NCBI GenBank assembly: GCA_964016885.1
Contig: OZ024762.1
Location: 6,324,001-6,388,000 of the forward strand
Direction of reading: 5' to 3'
DNA: 64,000 bases
Source of the DNA: Eledone cirrhosa
Lineage: Eukaryota
This document shows, in pieces, positions 62,814-64,000 of this stretch. The notes under the pieces are model-generated. The model saw nothing but the letters and a program-made list of their open reading frames with translations, made no database searches and was not told the origin of the DNA. The translations under genes were made by a program, and so were the position numbers. The first letter of the stretch is position 1, and the number at the start of each line of letters is the position of its first letter.

Positions 62814-64000
62814 CCTCTACAACACACACACACTTCCTCTACAACACACACACACTTCCTCTACAACACACACACACTTCCTCTACAACACACACACACT
62901 TCCTCTACAACACACACACACATCCTCTACAACACACACACACATCCTCTACAACACACATACACTCATCCTCTACAACACACACACTCACCCTCTACAA
63001 AACACACACTCACCCTCTACAACACTACCACACCTGTTATGGCTGAGGGTTAACACCTTACTTTTGTCTTATAAATCTTGTCCCAGTAGTGTTCAGATTA
63101 CATGACCCTACATCAATACTATTTCCCTTCTCTACAGTACCACAATACCTCTCTACAGTACCAAAATACCTCTACAGTACCACAATACTTCTCTACAGTA
63201 CCCCACCACAATACCTCTACAGTACCACACCACAATGCCTCTACAGTACCACACAACAATACCTCTACAGTACCACACCACAATACCTCTCTACAGTACC
63301 CCCACCACAATACCTCTCTACAGTACCACACCACAATGCCTCTACAGTACCACAATACCTCTCTACAGTACCACACCACAATACCTCTACAGTACCACAC
63401 CACAATGCCTCTACAGTACCACAATACGTCTCTACAGTACCACACCACAATACCTCTACAGTACCCTACCACAATACCTCTACAGTACCCCACCACAATA
63501 CCTCTACAGTACCCCACCACAATACCTCTACAGTACCCCACCACAATACCTCTACAGTACCCCACCACAATACCTCTACAGTACCACACCACAATACCTC
63601 TACAGTACCACACAACAATACCTCTACAGTACCACTCCACAAAACCCCTACAGTTCCACACCTCAATACCTCTTCTCTTTACAGTTTCACACATGCTCCC
63701 AACTGCTGAAATAGCCCTTTTAAAAATTTCTCTCCACCTCTTTATTTTTAATAGGGTGTGTTTGGGCTGTGTGTCAGTGAGGAGTGAAACTAGGGTGTGT
63801 TTGGGCTGTGTGTCGGTGAAGAGTGAAACTAGGGTGTGTTTGGGCTGTGTGTCGGTGAAGAGTGAAACTAGGGTGTGTTTGGGCTGTGTGTCAGTGAGGA
63901 GTGAAACTAGGGTGTGTTTGGGCTGTGTGTCTGAGGAGTGAAACTAGGGTGTGTTTGAGGTGTGTGTCAGTGAGGAGTGAAACTAGGGTGTGTTTGAGGT
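62390..64000. repeat. Cluster of simple and minisatellite repeats: 23 bp (62390-62530), CA-rich (62690-63030), 24 bp (63128-63670), 39 bp (63752-64000)
   Basis: ccccacccactgtcacctcctt; cctctacagtaccacaccacaata; tagggtgtgtttgggctgtgtgtcagtgaggagtgaaac. Confidence 0.92.

Noticed and set aside
63089-63941. Overlapping repetitive ORFs
   Set aside because: Translations of the 24 and 39 bp minisatellites

Overview
AT-rich, repeat-dense animal DNA, most likely an octopod cephalopod (inferred from the SINE/RTE repeat families, not proven). One complete protein-coding gene dominates the window: RPTOR/Raptor (mTORC1 scaffold) on the + strand. I traced 32 coding exons by hand from ATG 8774 to TGA 60115 (4347 nt, about 1448 aa) with consistent intron phases, one GC-AG intron and an ETS-motif promoter near 8041. 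Introns and flanks contain RTE, R4/Dong-like and CRE-like LINE relics, tRNA-derived SINEs, mariner/maT, piggyBac-like and Helitron-like relics and many minisatellites. Nearly all long ORFs in the ORF track are repeat artefacts. Two themes stand out. (1) Several tandem repeats are amplified copies of RPTOR's own splice junctions: 14 copies of the exon 10 donor, 10 copies of the acceptor of a skippable exon carrying an AMPK-consensus site, and duplicated ends of exons 25 and 26. (2) Several self-cleaving ribozyme motifs occur: one apparently intact minimal hammerhead upstream of the gene, decayed hammerheads and HDV-like folds in introns, and palindromic elements built around hammerhead halves. 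All structures were read by eye and need computational or experimental confirmation.
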